From: Candidatus Omnitrophota bacterium | Lineage (GTDB): Bacteria > Omnitrophota > Gorgyraeia > JABMRG01 | Length of the DNA stretch: 64,000 nucleotides | Reading direction: 5' to 3' | Assembly: GCA_028716165.1 (NCBI GenBank) | Contig: JAQUQI010000006.1 | Span: forward strand, 9,401-73,400 | In this document: one piece after another, positions 22,063-31,480 of the stretch | Layout of the letters: each line of letters starts with the position of its first letter | Numbering within the stretch: position 1 is the stretch's first letter | The notes under the pieces: model-generated | Databases searched by the model: none | The model's input: only the letters and a program-made list of their open reading frames with translations | What the model was told of the DNA's origin: nothing | Translations under genes and position numbers: made by a program

Positions 22063-22704
22063 ATGAGACATGCTAAACTGAACAAGAGATTAGGCAGGAA
22101 CTATTCGCAGAGAAGACAGCTGATAAGGTCTTTGGTAAGAGGGCTGTTTATATCCCATAGCATTAAAACAACGCTTATAAAAGCGAAACAGGCGCGCAGG
22201 CTGGCCGACAAGATTATCAGCTACGCTAAATCCGCGACCCTAAAGGATATCAGGGCTATAGATGCCATTCTTCAGGATAAAGCGCTTACGCGCAAGCTTG
22301 TCAGTGTATTGGCACCGCTGTCTAAGAATAGAAGCGGTGGATATACAAGGATTATCAGGCTCGGATTTAGAAGAGGCGACGGCGCGCAAACAGCTGTCCT
22401 GGAACTTACTGACATCCCGGAACAAAAGAAAAAGGAAAAGAAGCTTAAGGATAAGAAGGCGGCGCAGGCGGCTGTTGAATCTCCGGCAGAGCCTGTAGAG
22501 GGCGCGGTTAAGCAATCCGATGGACGTAAAACTGCGCAATCCAAGCCAAGCGGTAAGGATGAAATTACTCCCAAGCCCGCAAGGCAGGACGGTAAGCCTT
22601 CTCCGGCAAAAAAGCCCAAACTCGCCAAGGACATAGAAAAGAAAAACCAGCCCAGGCAAGGCAAGGGTATAATAGGCAAGTTCAAGAGGTTTTTTGATAA
22701 ATAA
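22063..22704 (+). CDS. rplQ: 50S ribosomal protein L17 with a low-complexity K/P/A-rich C-terminal extension of about 95 aa
   Basis: MRHAKLNKRLGRNYSQRRQLIRSLVRGLF..GYTRIIRLGFRRGD L17 core, then EQKKKEKKLKDKKAAQAAVESPAEP...PAKKPKLAKDIEKKNQ. Confidence 0.93.
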   Translation: MRHAKLNKRLGRNYSQRRQLIRSLVRGLFISHSIKTTLIKAKQARRLADKIISYAKSATLKDIRAIDAILQDKALTRKLVSVLAPLSKNRSGGYTRIIRLGFRRGDGAQTAVLELTDIPEQKKKEKKLKDKKAAQAAVESPAEPVEGAVKQSDGRKTAQSKPSGKDEITPKPARQDGKPSPAKKPKLAKDIEKKNQPRQGKGIIGKFKRFFDK

Positions 22705-22819
22705 TAGGCGGGTTGTTTTTCATAAACGGTTCTTGAACGCGGACTATTGCGCTTAAGGGCCGTTATTGATATCATACCGGATATAGTATAAGATCCGTAT
22801 CTGTTGGCATGGAGAAATA

Positions 22820-23983
22820 ATGTCTTTATCAAAAAGAATCAGCCAGATACAGCCTTCCGCTACTTTGGGTATAACGTCAAAGGCCCGGGCCATGGCCAAG
22901 CAGGGTATTGATGTCATAAGTTTTGGAGCCGGAGAACCGGACTTTGATACCCCTGATTATATTAAACAGGCCGGCCTTGACGCTATAAAGGCGGGTAAGA
23001 CCAAATATACCCAGAGCGCCGGAACGCTTGAACTGCGCCAGGCGATATGCGATAAGCTTTCCTCAATTGATAAGATTGATTATACCCCAAAAGATATAAT
23101 AGTATCCAACGGCGCCAAACATTCATTGTATAATATATTCCAGGCGATATGCGATAAGGGTGATGAGGTAATAACCGTAGCGCCCTATTGGGTCAGTTAT
23201 GTTGAAATGATTAGGCTTGCCGAAGCAATCCCTGTTATACTAAGGCCGGCCGAAGGCGAAGGTTTCAAGATAACCGCTGAAAGTCTTGCGGGCGCGATTA
23301 CTTCAAAAACAAAAGCAGTCATTATTAATTCCCCTTCTAACCCGTCAGGATGTTTATATACCCGCGATGAACTCTACGATATTGTTTGTCTTTTAAAAGG
23401 CAAAGGTATCAGGGTTATTAGTGATGAAATTTATAACAGGCTTGTTTATGACGGGCTTAAAGCCGTTTCCTGCGCCTCACTGGGCAGGGAGGGCAAGGAT
23501 ATGACTGTTATAGTTAACGGTGTATCAAAAACCTATGCCATGACAGGATGGAGAATAGGTTATATCGCTTCAAATGACACATCCCTTACAAGCGCCATCG
23601 CTAATCTCCAGGATCATTCAAGTTCCAATCCGTGTTCAATAAGCCAGGAAGCGGCCCTGGCGGCCATAAGTTCAGATGAAAGTTCTGTCAGCATGATGAG
23701 AGACGAGTTTAAAAAGAGGCGGGATTATATGGTAAAAAGGATTAAGGCAATGAAATCCGTTTCATGCCTTGAGCCTAAAGGGGCTTTTTATTGTTTTGTT
23801 AATGTTTCAGTTATCGGTCATGACACATTAAAGATAGCCGACAGGCTGCTTGAAGATGCCAGGGTGGCTGTTGTCCCCGGTGAGGGTTTCGGCTGTCCCG
23901 GATACATAAGATTAAGTTTCGCAACCAGCATGAAGCTTATTAAAGAGGGGCTGGACAGGATAGAAAAATGGCTCAAACAATAG
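22820..23983 (+). CDS. aspB: Aspartate aminotransferase, prokaryotic AspB type (class I PLP aminotransferase)
   Basis: Collinear with Thermus-type AspAT: GEPDFDTP, GKTKYT, NGAKHSLYNIFQAICDKGDEVI, VNGVSKTYAMTGWRIGY (PLP Lys). Confidence 0.8.
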   Translation: MSLSKRISQIQPSATLGITSKARAMAKQGIDVISFGAGEPDFDTPDYIKQAGLDAIKAGKTKYTQSAGTLELRQAICDKLSSIDKIDYTPKDIIVSNGAKHSLYNIFQAICDKGDEVITVAPYWVSYVEMIRLAEAIPVILRPAEGEGFKITAESLAGAITSKTKAVIINSPSNPSGCLYTRDELYDIVCLLKGKGIRVISDEIYNRLVYDGLKAVSCASLGREGKDMTVIVNGVSKTYAMTGWRIGYIASNDTSLTSAIANLQDHSSSNPCSISQEAALAAISSDESSVSMMRDEFKKRRDYMVKRIKAMKSVSCLEPKGAFYCFVNVSVIGHDTLKIADRLLEDARVAVVPGEGFGCPGYIRLSFATSMKLIKEGLDRIEKWLKQ

Positions 23984-25215
23984 CGGAAAAGATTTTAAGC
24001 TCCCATGCCGGCAAGGTTTTGAAAGCCGGGGATTACGCGCTTTGCAAAATTGATTTTTGCCTCGGCCAGGACGGAACAAGCGGGCTTATTATAGACGCGA
24101 TATCCAGGATGGGGGTAAAAAAACTTGCGGGTAAATCAAAATTCTGCATGGTTATTGACCATAGCGCGCCGTCGCCTAATATAGGGGTGTCGGCGATACA
24201 CATGAAAATGAGGAATTTCGCCAAGGGCAATAAACTGAAAATCTACGATATCGGTTGCGGAGTTTGCCATCAAGTCGTCCTGGAATCAGGCAATGTGCTG
24301 CCCGGTAATCTTGTAGTGGGGGCTGATTCCCATACGTGCACTTACGGAGCGCTCGGCGCCTTGTCAACAGGGTTTGGTTCTACCGATCTTGCCATCAGTC
24401 TTGCAAGCGGCAGGAATTGGTTTAAAGTCCCTGACACGCTCAAGATCGTTGTTGACGGAAAACTCAAAAAAGGCGTTTACTCAAAAGACCTTATACTGCA
24501 TATAATAGGCGACCTTACCGCCGACGGCGCTACGTATGACGCGGTTGAATTTTATGGCCCCGCTATAAGCGCTCTTTCAATGGATGCTCGTTTTACCATA
24601 ACGAATATGGCTGTTGAGATGGGGGCGAAATTCGGCATAATCGCACCGGATAAAAAAACCCTGGCATGGCTTGGCCGGTGGGCGAAAAGATCATTTAAGA
24701 CTGTCTTTGCCGATAAAGCCGCGCGGTATAAGGCGGAGAGGCATTATGACGCGTCAAAGATAACCGCTATGGCCGCTCAACCTCATGCTGTTGATAATGT
24801 TGCCAAGATCTCCGAGATTGCTGGCAAACGCATTGACGAGGCGTTTATCGGTACCTGCACGAATGGAAGGATTGAAGACCTCAAGATAGCGGCCTCTTTT
24901 CTCAAAGGCAAAAAGGTCCACCCTGACGTAAGGCTTATTGTCGCGCCTTCATCAAGAAACGTTTTTTTGCGCGCTATGCGCGACGGTATTATCAAGGTAT
25001 TTGTCCAGGCAGGGGCGAATGTCGTTACACCGGGCTGCGGGCCCTGCGTGGGAACGCATAACGGCGTGCCTTCGGATAATGAGGTTGTTTTATCAACTGC
25101 CAACAGGAATTTTAAAGGCAGAATGGGCAATCCGAACGCTTTTATTTATTTGGCCTCCCCGGCTACGGTGGCCGCGTCTGCCATAAAAGGAAAAATAACC
25201 GACCCAAGGAGATGA
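23968..25215 (+). CDS. Aconitase-family hydro-lyase large subunit, type-2 (archaeal-size) LeuC/HacA-like
   Basis: 415 aa; MAQTIAEKILSSHAG...; Fe-S ligand contexts GADSHTCTYGALGA and CTNGRIED...GCGPCVG; translationally coupled to the next gene. Confidence 0.8.
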   Translation: MAQTIAEKILSSHAGKVLKAGDYALCKIDFCLGQDGTSGLIIDAISRMGVKKLAGKSKFCMVIDHSAPSPNIGVSAIHMKMRNFAKGNKLKIYDIGCGVCHQVVLESGNVLPGNLVVGADSHTCTYGALGALSTGFGSTDLAISLASGRNWFKVPDTLKIVVDGKLKKGVYSKDLILHIIGDLTADGATYDAVEFYGPAISALSMDARFTITNMAVEMGAKFGIIAPDKKTLAWLGRWAKRSFKTVFADKAARYKAERHYDASKITAMAAQPHAVDNVAKISEIAGKRIDEAFIGTCTNGRIEDLKIAASFLKGKKVHPDVRLIVAPSSRNVFLRAMRDGIIKVFVQAGANVVTPGCGPCVGTHNGVPSDNEVVLSTANRNFKGRMGNPNAFIYLASPATVAASAIKGKITDPRR

Positions 25216-25219
25216 TAGG

Positions 25220-25717
25220 TTGAAGCTGACAGGTTCTGTCCATAGGTTTGAGGACTCTATCAATACGGATTATATAATATCCGGACGCTATAAATTCAGG
25301 ATACAGGATCCGCATGAATTGGCAAAGCATCTTTTGGAAGACCTGAAGCCTGAATTTTATAAAACAATAAAACAAGGTGATTTTATCGTTGCCGGGGCCA
25401 ATTTCGGATGCGGTTCTTCAAGGGAACAGGCCCCGATAGCCATAAAGTATTCCGGCATATCGGCTGTCATAGCAAAATCCTTCGCCAGGATTTTTTTTAG
25501 AAACGCGATAAATCTCGGATTGATACTCATTGAGTGTGATACGAGCGGCTTCAGGCAGTCCGATACCCTGCAGGTAGATACCGCGCAGGGGCATGTTGTT
25601 AATGTCAGCACCGGGCAGAAGGTCAAGATCACCCCTTTGCCGGATTTCATGACAAAGATAATTGAAGACGGCGGTATAGTTGAACATTTTAAGAAGCACG
25701 GAGACTTCAAGTTTTAG
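25220..25717 (+). CDS. Aconitase-family hydro-lyase small subunit, type-2 LeuD-like (TTG start)
   Basis: 165 aa; INTDYIISGRY...GANFGCGSSREQAPIAIKYSGISAVIAKSFARIFFRNAINLGL. Confidence 0.8.
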   Translation: MKLTGSVHRFEDSINTDYIISGRYKFRIQDPHELAKHLLEDLKPEFYKTIKQGDFIVAGANFGCGSSREQAPIAIKYSGISAVIAKSFARIFFRNAINLGLILIECDTSGFRQSDTLQVDTAQGHVVNVSTGQKVKITPLPDFMTKIIEDGGIVEHFKKHGDFKF

Positions 25718-25721
25718 CCCG

Positions 25722-26660
25722 ATGGAAAGCAAAAAACGCAGTAAGATAACAGTTATCGGCGCCGGTAATGTCGGCGCGGCATCCGCTATGAGGATACTTG
25801 AAGCCGGCTTGGGCGACATTGTCCTGCTTGATATCGCCGGCGGTATCGCCAAGGGTAAAGCCGAAGACCTTATGGACGCGGCGTCTCTTATCGGGCACGG
25901 TTGCAAGATAACAGGGACATCGGATTATAGCCAGACCAAAGACAGCGATATCGTTGTCGTTTGCGCGGGCCTGGCAAGAAAACCCGGTATGACCAGGGAG
26001 GAACTGCTCAATAAAAACGCGTGTATCGTCAAAGATATTACGCGTAATTTCATGAAATTCAATCACCGCCCGGTAGTAATAGTCGTTACAAACCCGCTTG
26101 ACGTTATCTCCTATGTTGTTTATAAAGAAAGCGGTTTAAGCGGTAAGAGAGTTGTCGGCATGGCCGGCTGCCTTGATTCGTCAAGAATGAATCTGATCTC
26201 GTCAAGGTTCTTAGAGGCCCCGCTTGACAGTTTTGATGCTGTTGTGATGGGGACCCATGGAGAGACTATGGTTTGCCTGACTGGTAGCAGTAAGGCAGGC
26301 AAAGAGCCTTTGGCCCGGCGTGCCCCGAAAGATGCTATTGACAGGATAGTTGAAAAAACAAAATCGCGAGGCGCGGAAATAGTGTCATACCTGGGTACCG
26401 GAAGCGCTTTTTTTGCCCCCTCGGCAGGAGTCTTTAGAATGGTAAAGGCCATTCTTGAAGACAGCCGGGAGACGATGCCCTGCTCCTGCCTGTTAAACGG
26501 GGAATACGGAGTAAGCGGCATATTCCTTGGCGTTCCTGTCGTATTAGGAAAAGAGGGTATTATGAATATCGTTCAAATGTCATTGAGCGATGATGAAAAA
26601 AGGCTTTTGAACGCCGCTTCAAATTCCATCTCCAGCCAAATAGCTCAATTGAATATATAA
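25722..26660 (+). CDS. mdh: Malate dehydrogenase, LDH-like type (start taken at the internal ATG 4 nt after the leuD-like stop)
   Basis: KITVIGAGNVGAASAMRILEAGLGDIVLLDI Rossmann fold; substrate loop AGLARKPGMTREEL carries Arg (MDH) rather than Gln (LDH). Confidence 0.82.
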   Translation: MESKKRSKITVIGAGNVGAASAMRILEAGLGDIVLLDIAGGIAKGKAEDLMDAASLIGHGCKITGTSDYSQTKDSDIVVVCAGLARKPGMTREELLNKNACIVKDITRNFMKFNHRPVVIVVTNPLDVISYVVYKESGLSGKRVVGMAGCLDSSRMNLISSRFLEAPLDSFDAVVMGTHGETMVCLTGSSKAGKEPLARRAPKDAIDRIVEKTKSRGAEIVSYLGTGSAFFAPSAGVFRMVKAILEDSRETMPCSCLLNGEYGVSGIFLGVPVVLGKEGIMNIVQMSLSDDEKRLLNAASNSISSQIAQLNI

Positions 26661-26735
26661 TACTGTTTTTTCCTTCAAAGACCGCTTGCGCGCCGGGTAA
26701 TGATACATTAACAATAACCGTAAAAAGAGATTTAT

Positions 26736-28097
26736 ATGGATAAAATTTATGATATCGCGATAATAGGGGCAGGTTCAGGCGGTTATGCCGCCTGCATCAG
26801 GGGGGGTGAGGCAGGCCTTAAATGCTGTGTTATTGAAAAGTCCCACTTAGGAGGAACATGTCTTAATTGCGGGTGTATCCCCACCAAGACGCTTGTCAGA
26901 AGCGCTGATTTGTTAAGGCAGCTGCGTCAGTCGGACATGTTTGCCTTGAAGGCTGAATTGCGCGGTTTTGATTATGCCGCTCTTTTTGACAGAAAAGAGT
27001 CTATCATACAAAAACTCCGCGCCGGCGCCGAATCCCTTATTAGGTCAAAAGGCGTGGATATTATAAAAGCAGAAGCTGTGTTTGCCGGCAGGGACAGGCT
27101 TCGCTGTAACGATAAAATAATCTCTTCTAAAAATATAATCATTGCCTGCGGATCCATACCGTCCGAATTGCCCCACCTCAAGTTTGACCATCAATTTATA
27201 TTGTCAAGTTCGGACATGCTTTCGCAGACGGCTTTGCCGCGCAGTATGGTTATTGTAGGCGGTGGTTTTATAGGTTGTGAATTTGCTTCTATTTATAATC
27301 AATTCGGCGTTGATATCACTATTATTGAACTTGCCGGCCAGCTTATGCCGGGGTCGGATAGAGAGACGTCTAAAAGGCTTGAGTTAAATTTTCAAAAACA
27401 GGGTATTAAGGTATTAAAGAATGATTCGGTAATATCGGCTTCTGCCGGATCCGTTTCCTCTATCGGGCTTGCCAGCGGGAAGCAGATTATCTGCGACAAA
27501 GTCTTGCTTTGTGTCGGACGTAAACCCGATGTAGAAGGCCTGGGCCTTCCGGAGGCGGGTGTCAGGGTATCAAACGGCTTTGTCGGGGTTGATAAAACAC
27601 TTAGAACGAATATTCCCAATATATATGCCATAGGCGACGCGATAGCAGGATATCAGCTGGCGCATGTTGCTTCATATGAAGGAGCGCTTGCCGTTGAAAA
27701 CATAGCATTGGGCGCTGTCCGGGAAGTCAATTATTCAGCGGTTCCAAGCGCTATTTTTACGCATCCCGAAATCGCCTTTGTAGGCATAAGCGCGGACAGG
27801 GCCAAAGAGCAGGGCATTGATTTCAAAGAGGCCAAATTACCGCTGTCCGCGGTAAGCAGGACGCATATACAGGGTGAACCGGATGGATTTGTCAAATTGC
27901 TGTTTGAGGCGCGTTCGGGAAAAATATTAGGCGCGGCAGTATTCGGATATCTTGCCAGCGAGATTATATCGGGTTTTACCATAGCCGTCAATAATGGTTT
28001 GACGGTAAACGACCTGTCAAAAACCATATTCGCCCATCCTACGTTTTCTGAATCAGTGCTTGAGGCCTCAAACAGAGCGCGCGCGTATAACGTTTAA
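26736..28097 (+). CDS. lpd: Dihydrolipoyl dehydrogenase (E3)
   Basis: IIGAGSGGYAAC FAD motif; redox disulfide GGTCLNCGCIPTK; NAD motif IVGGGFIGCEFAS; C-terminal interface HAHPTFSE. Confidence 0.9.
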   Translation: MDKIYDIAIIGAGSGGYAACIRGGEAGLKCCVIEKSHLGGTCLNCGCIPTKTLVRSADLLRQLRQSDMFALKAELRGFDYAALFDRKESIIQKLRAGAESLIRSKGVDIIKAEAVFAGRDRLRCNDKIISSKNIIIACGSIPSELPHLKFDHQFILSSSDMLSQTALPRSMVIVGGGFIGCEFASIYNQFGVDITIIELAGQLMPGSDRETSKRLELNFQKQGIKVLKNDSVISASAGSVSSIGLASGKQIICDKVLLCVGRKPDVEGLGLPEAGVRVSNGFVGVDKTLRTNIPNIYAIGDAIAGYQLAHVASYEGALAVENIALGAVREVNYSAVPSAIFTHPEIAFVGISADRAKEQGIDFKEAKLPLSAVSRTHIQGEPDGFVKLLFEARSGKILGAAVFGYLASEIISGFTIAVNNGLTVNDLSKTIFAHPTFSESVLEASNRARAYNV

Positions 28098-28105
28098 ATA
28101 ATCCA

Positions 28106-28753
28106 ATGAATTACAAGGTATTAGACCTCGGATTGATTGATTTTAACAGGGCTTTTTTTGTCCAAAAAGAGGTTTTGGCCCAGGTAAAATCAGCTTTACT
28201 GCCAGGCGCGATTATACTGGCGGAACATCAGCCTGTCTTTACCCTGGGCCGCTTGGCCTGTGACGATAATATCCTGATCGGGCGCACCAAGATAAAGGCG
28301 CTTGGCATAGACATTGTCCGCACTGACCGCGGCGGGGATATTACCTTTCACGGCCCGGGCCAGCTTGTCTGTTATCCGATTTTTAATCTGAACATGCTGA
28401 CAAGGGATATGCATAAGTTTTTGCGCGATATGGAAGAAGTTGTCATGAGCCTGCTTAGGGGTTATGGTATAGAGTCGTTTAGAATAAGCGGACGCACGGG
28501 CTGCTGGACAGAGTGGGGCAAGATAGCTTCAATAGGCATCGCGGCCAGCAATTGGATAACGTATCACGGCCTTGCCCTTAATGCTAATACCGGGCTGGAA
28601 TACTTTGATATGATAAATCCCTGCGGGTATAAAGGCATTAAGACAACTTCAATGCAGAAAATATTAAAGTCGCCTGTTGCCATGGAGCGGCTGAAGCGTG
28701 AAATGATTCATTGTTTTGAGACTGTTTTTAAGATATCCGCAATGCCTTTTTAA
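28106..28753 (+). CDS. lipB: Octanoyl-[ACP]:protein N-octanoyltransferase (lipoyl(octanoyl) transferase)
   Basis: 215 aa; LDLGLIDFNRAFFVQKEV...ILAEHQPVFTLGR...RTDRGGDITFHGPGQLVCYPIFNL...ITYHGLALN. Confidence 0.85.
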   Translation: MNYKVLDLGLIDFNRAFFVQKEVLAQVKSALLPGAIILAEHQPVFTLGRLACDDNILIGRTKIKALGIDIVRTDRGGDITFHGPGQLVCYPIFNLNMLTRDMHKFLRDMEEVVMSLLRGYGIESFRISGRTGCWTEWGKIASIGIAASNWITYHGLALNANTGLEYFDMINPCGYKGIKTTSMQKILKSPVAMERLKREMIHCFETVFKISAMPF

Positions 28754-28916
28754 GTAACCCCATTTGATTACCGCAATGTTACGAAAGGGCCAATACAGGC
28801 GTGTTTACCGGCACAAAAAATCCCCGGCGCAAAGATAAAAATATCTGTTTTAAAAAAACCGTGACAACTATATAATGTTTTAGTATAATTATTACACAAT
28901 TAAGGAGGCTAATATA

Positions 28917-29159
28917 ATGACGGAATTGAAATTACCAAAGCTCGCCGAAGGAATAGACAAAGCGGTTGTTTCTTTTTGGCACAAGGATATCGGTGAATTC
29001 GTGGAAAAAGGAGACGACCTTGTTGAGATGCTTACCGACAAGGCGACATTCAATGTGCCCGCAGATGCATCGGGCACGCTTATATCAAGAGATGCTGAAG
29101 AAGGCCAGGAAGTGCGTGTTGGTGATATCATAGCTCGTATTGATGAGGGCCGGAAATAA
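28917..29159 (+). CDS. Free-standing E2-type lipoyl domain protein (80 aa) with no catalytic or E3-binding domain
   Basis: VEKGDDLVEMLTDKATFNVPADASGTLIS...VRVGDIIARIDEG carries the lipoyl-lysine motif (E/L)TDKA, not the biotinyl AMKM; good RBS aaggagg 8 nt upstream. Confidence 0.75.
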   Translation: MTELKLPKLAEGIDKAVVSFWHKDIGEFVEKGDDLVEMLTDKATFNVPADASGTLISRDAEEGQEVRVGDIIARIDEGRK

Positions 29160-29160
29160 T

Positions 29161-30351
29161 ATGTCAATGCATGAAGCAAACAGGATGCGCAGACTGCCTT
29201 TATATCTTTTTACCATAATTGATGATTTAAAGGCCAAGGCCCGCGCCAGGGGCATTGACATTATTGATCTTGGCATGGGCAATCCCGACTTGCCAACCCC
29301 GGGGCATATCATTGATGAACTTTGCAGCCAGGTCCGTATCAATGAAAATCACAGGTACTCCAGGCCCGGGGGGGATGCTGAAAAAACCCTTAAGCAGGCT
29401 ATTGCACAGTGGTATAAACAGAGATTTAATGTAGACCTTGACGCCGGCAGTGAGGTCCTGCCTCTTATAGGTTCAAAGGAAGGTATAGCGCATTTATCGC
29501 TGGCTTTTTTAAACCAGGATGATATAGCCTTAGTGCCTAACCCGGCTTATCCGGTTCATTTTAACGGCGTGATTATGGCAGGCGGGATCCTGTATAATAT
29601 CCCAATGACCATAGAGCATAACTTCAAGCCTGACCTTAAGGCATTGAGCCCGGAGGTCGTGCGAATGGCAAAATTACTTTTTATTAGTTATCCCCATAAC
29701 CCAACGACGGCTGTAGCGGATAAGGATTTTTTCCGTAATGTCCTGGAATGGGTCAAGGACAAACCTGGGCTGATAGTAGCGCATGACCTTGCCTATTCCG
29801 ATATAGTGTTTGACGGTTTTAAGGCAACCAGCATAATGGAAATTGAAGGCGCTAAGGGTGGCAATGTTATTGAATTCCACACGCTTTCCAAATCTTATAA
29901 TATGGCTGGATGGAGGATAGGTTTTGTTGTAGGCAACAGGGATATACTTGGTTCATTGGCAAAAACGAAGTCATATGTTGATTTTGGCATTTTTCGGGCC
30001 ATCCAGTTTGCCGCCGCGAAGGCCTTGACAGGCCCGCAGGATTGCGTAAAAGAACTGGTTGAGACTTATAGAAGAAGAAGAGACCTGTTTGTTGACGGCC
30101 TGAACGCGATAGGCTGGCCTGTTGAAAAGCCGAAAGCCACATTTTATATATGGGCGCATATACCGCCTAAGTACAGCGCTCTTACCTCCATGGAATTTGC
30201 CTCTTTACTTATAGAAGAGGCGGGGGTGGCAGTTGCCCCCGGCACAGGTTTTGGCGAATACGGCGAAGGATATGTGCGTTTTGCCCTTGTAGACAAAGAA
30301 GAACGTTTAAAGACAGCTATTGAACGTATTGATAAATTCCTTAAAACATGA
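29161..30351 (+). CDS. alaC: AlaC/YfdZ-like class I aminotransferase (glutamate-pyruvate aminotransferase family)
   Basis: Collinear with E. coli AlaC: RLPLYLFTIIDDLKAKARARGIDIIDLGMGNPDLPTPGHIIDELC; TLSKSYNMAGWRIGFVVGN; ATG 1 nt after the lipoyl-protein stop. Confidence 0.8.
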   Translation: MSMHEANRMRRLPLYLFTIIDDLKAKARARGIDIIDLGMGNPDLPTPGHIIDELCSQVRINENHRYSRPGGDAEKTLKQAIAQWYKQRFNVDLDAGSEVLPLIGSKEGIAHLSLAFLNQDDIALVPNPAYPVHFNGVIMAGGILYNIPMTIEHNFKPDLKALSPEVVRMAKLLFISYPHNPTTAVADKDFFRNVLEWVKDKPGLIVAHDLAYSDIVFDGFKATSIMEIEGAKGGNVIEFHTLSKSYNMAGWRIGFVVGNRDILGSLAKTKSYVDFGIFRAIQFAAAKALTGPQDCVKELVETYRRRRDLFVDGLNAIGWPVEKPKATFYIWAHIPPKYSALTSMEFASLLIEEAGVAVAPGTGFGEYGEGYVRFALVDKEERLKTAIERIDKFLKT

Positions 30352-30357
30352 CCATAG

Positions 30358-31476
30358 ATGCAAAGACCTAAGAGAATCCTTCTTCTTTACATATCGGTGC
30401 TTTCCGGGCACCATCGTGCCGCGATGGCCATAGAAAAGGCCTTGCGGTATCTGAATCCGGACACGCAGATATACAGTATCAATTCATTCCATTATACCAA
30501 TCCAATACTTGAACGCATCATCAACAGGACATACAGCGGAATTATAAAAAGGACGCCTGAAGTCTGGGAATATCTTTACGATAATCCCAGGGTTGTCAAA
30601 AATACCAAGGCCTTAAAAGAGATGATACACAGGCATAACAGTTTGAAGATGAAAAATCTTATCAATGATTTTAATCCCGATGCCGTAGCCTGCACCCAGG
30701 CCTTTCCCTGCGGTATGATCGCTGATTACAAGGTTACGCACAATAGCCGCCTGCCCCTTGTAGGCGTGCTTACTGATTTTTACCCGCACTCATACTGGAT
30801 ATACGATTCTGTGGATATTTATGCGGTAGCCTCGGACGCCGCCAGGGACAGGCTCGTCTCAAACGGTGTGCCGTTTGAAAAGATAAAAATTACCGGGGTG
30901 CCTATTGATATTAAGTTCAATGTCAGCTGTGACAAGGCCTGTTCGCTTAAGGCGCTTGGCCTTGACCCTTATAAGAAAACGGTTTTGATAATGGGCGGCA
31001 GCGGCGGACTCGGGCCTATTAAAAAGGTCGTTTTTTCACTTGACAGGATAAATTGCGATATTCAGATGATTGTCGTATCAGGCACAAACAGTAAACTTAA
31101 CTCATATCTTAAGCGCCGGACTGACAGGATGAATAAAAAGATCGTTGTTATAGGTTACGCTGAAAACATAGACGAGCTTATGGGCGCGTCCGATCTGATC
31201 ATTACCAAGCCCGGAGGCCTTACTGTCTCCGAGGCCCTTGCAAAGCGCCTGCCCATTGTCATAATAAACCCGATACCCGGCCAGGAGGCCAAAAATACGG
31301 AATTCCTTTTAGAGAAGGGGGCCGCTGTCCGGGCCAAGACGGAAAAAGACATAGCGATACTGGTTGATAATCTGTGTTCTGCCAAGGCTAAGCTCAATGA
31401 TATGAAAAATGCCATTGAGAACATAGCAAGGCCGTCTTCCGCCATTGACATAGCCAAGACCCTTTTGGAGATATAG
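30358..31476 (+). CDS. GT28 diacylglycerol glycosyltransferase (MGDG synthase / UgtP-like)
   Basis: RILLLYISVLSGHHRAAMAIEKAL N-terminal MGDG_synth motif; C-terminal GT-B domain GASDLIITKPGGLTVSEALAKRLPIVIINPIPGQE. Confidence 0.7.
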   Translation: MQRPKRILLLYISVLSGHHRAAMAIEKALRYLNPDTQIYSINSFHYTNPILERIINRTYSGIIKRTPEVWEYLYDNPRVVKNTKALKEMIHRHNSLKMKNLINDFNPDAVACTQAFPCGMIADYKVTHNSRLPLVGVLTDFYPHSYWIYDSVDIYAVASDAARDRLVSNGVPFEKIKITGVPIDIKFNVSCDKACSLKALGLDPYKKTVLIMGGSGGLGPIKKVVFSLDRINCDIQMIVVSGTNSKLNSYLKRRTDRMNKKIVVIGYAENIDELMGASDLIITKPGGLTVSEALAKRLPIVIINPIPGQEAKNTEFLLEKGAAVRAKTEKDIAILVDNLCSAKAKLNDMKNAIENIARPSSAIDIAKTLLEI

Positions 31477-31480
31477 AATA

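Noticed and set aside
22272-22832. 186-aa minus-strand ORF and a 78-aa plus-frame ORF over rplQ
   Set aside because: Both overlap the L17 gene and its repetitive Lys-rich tail. Alternative-frame artefacts of low-complexity sequence.
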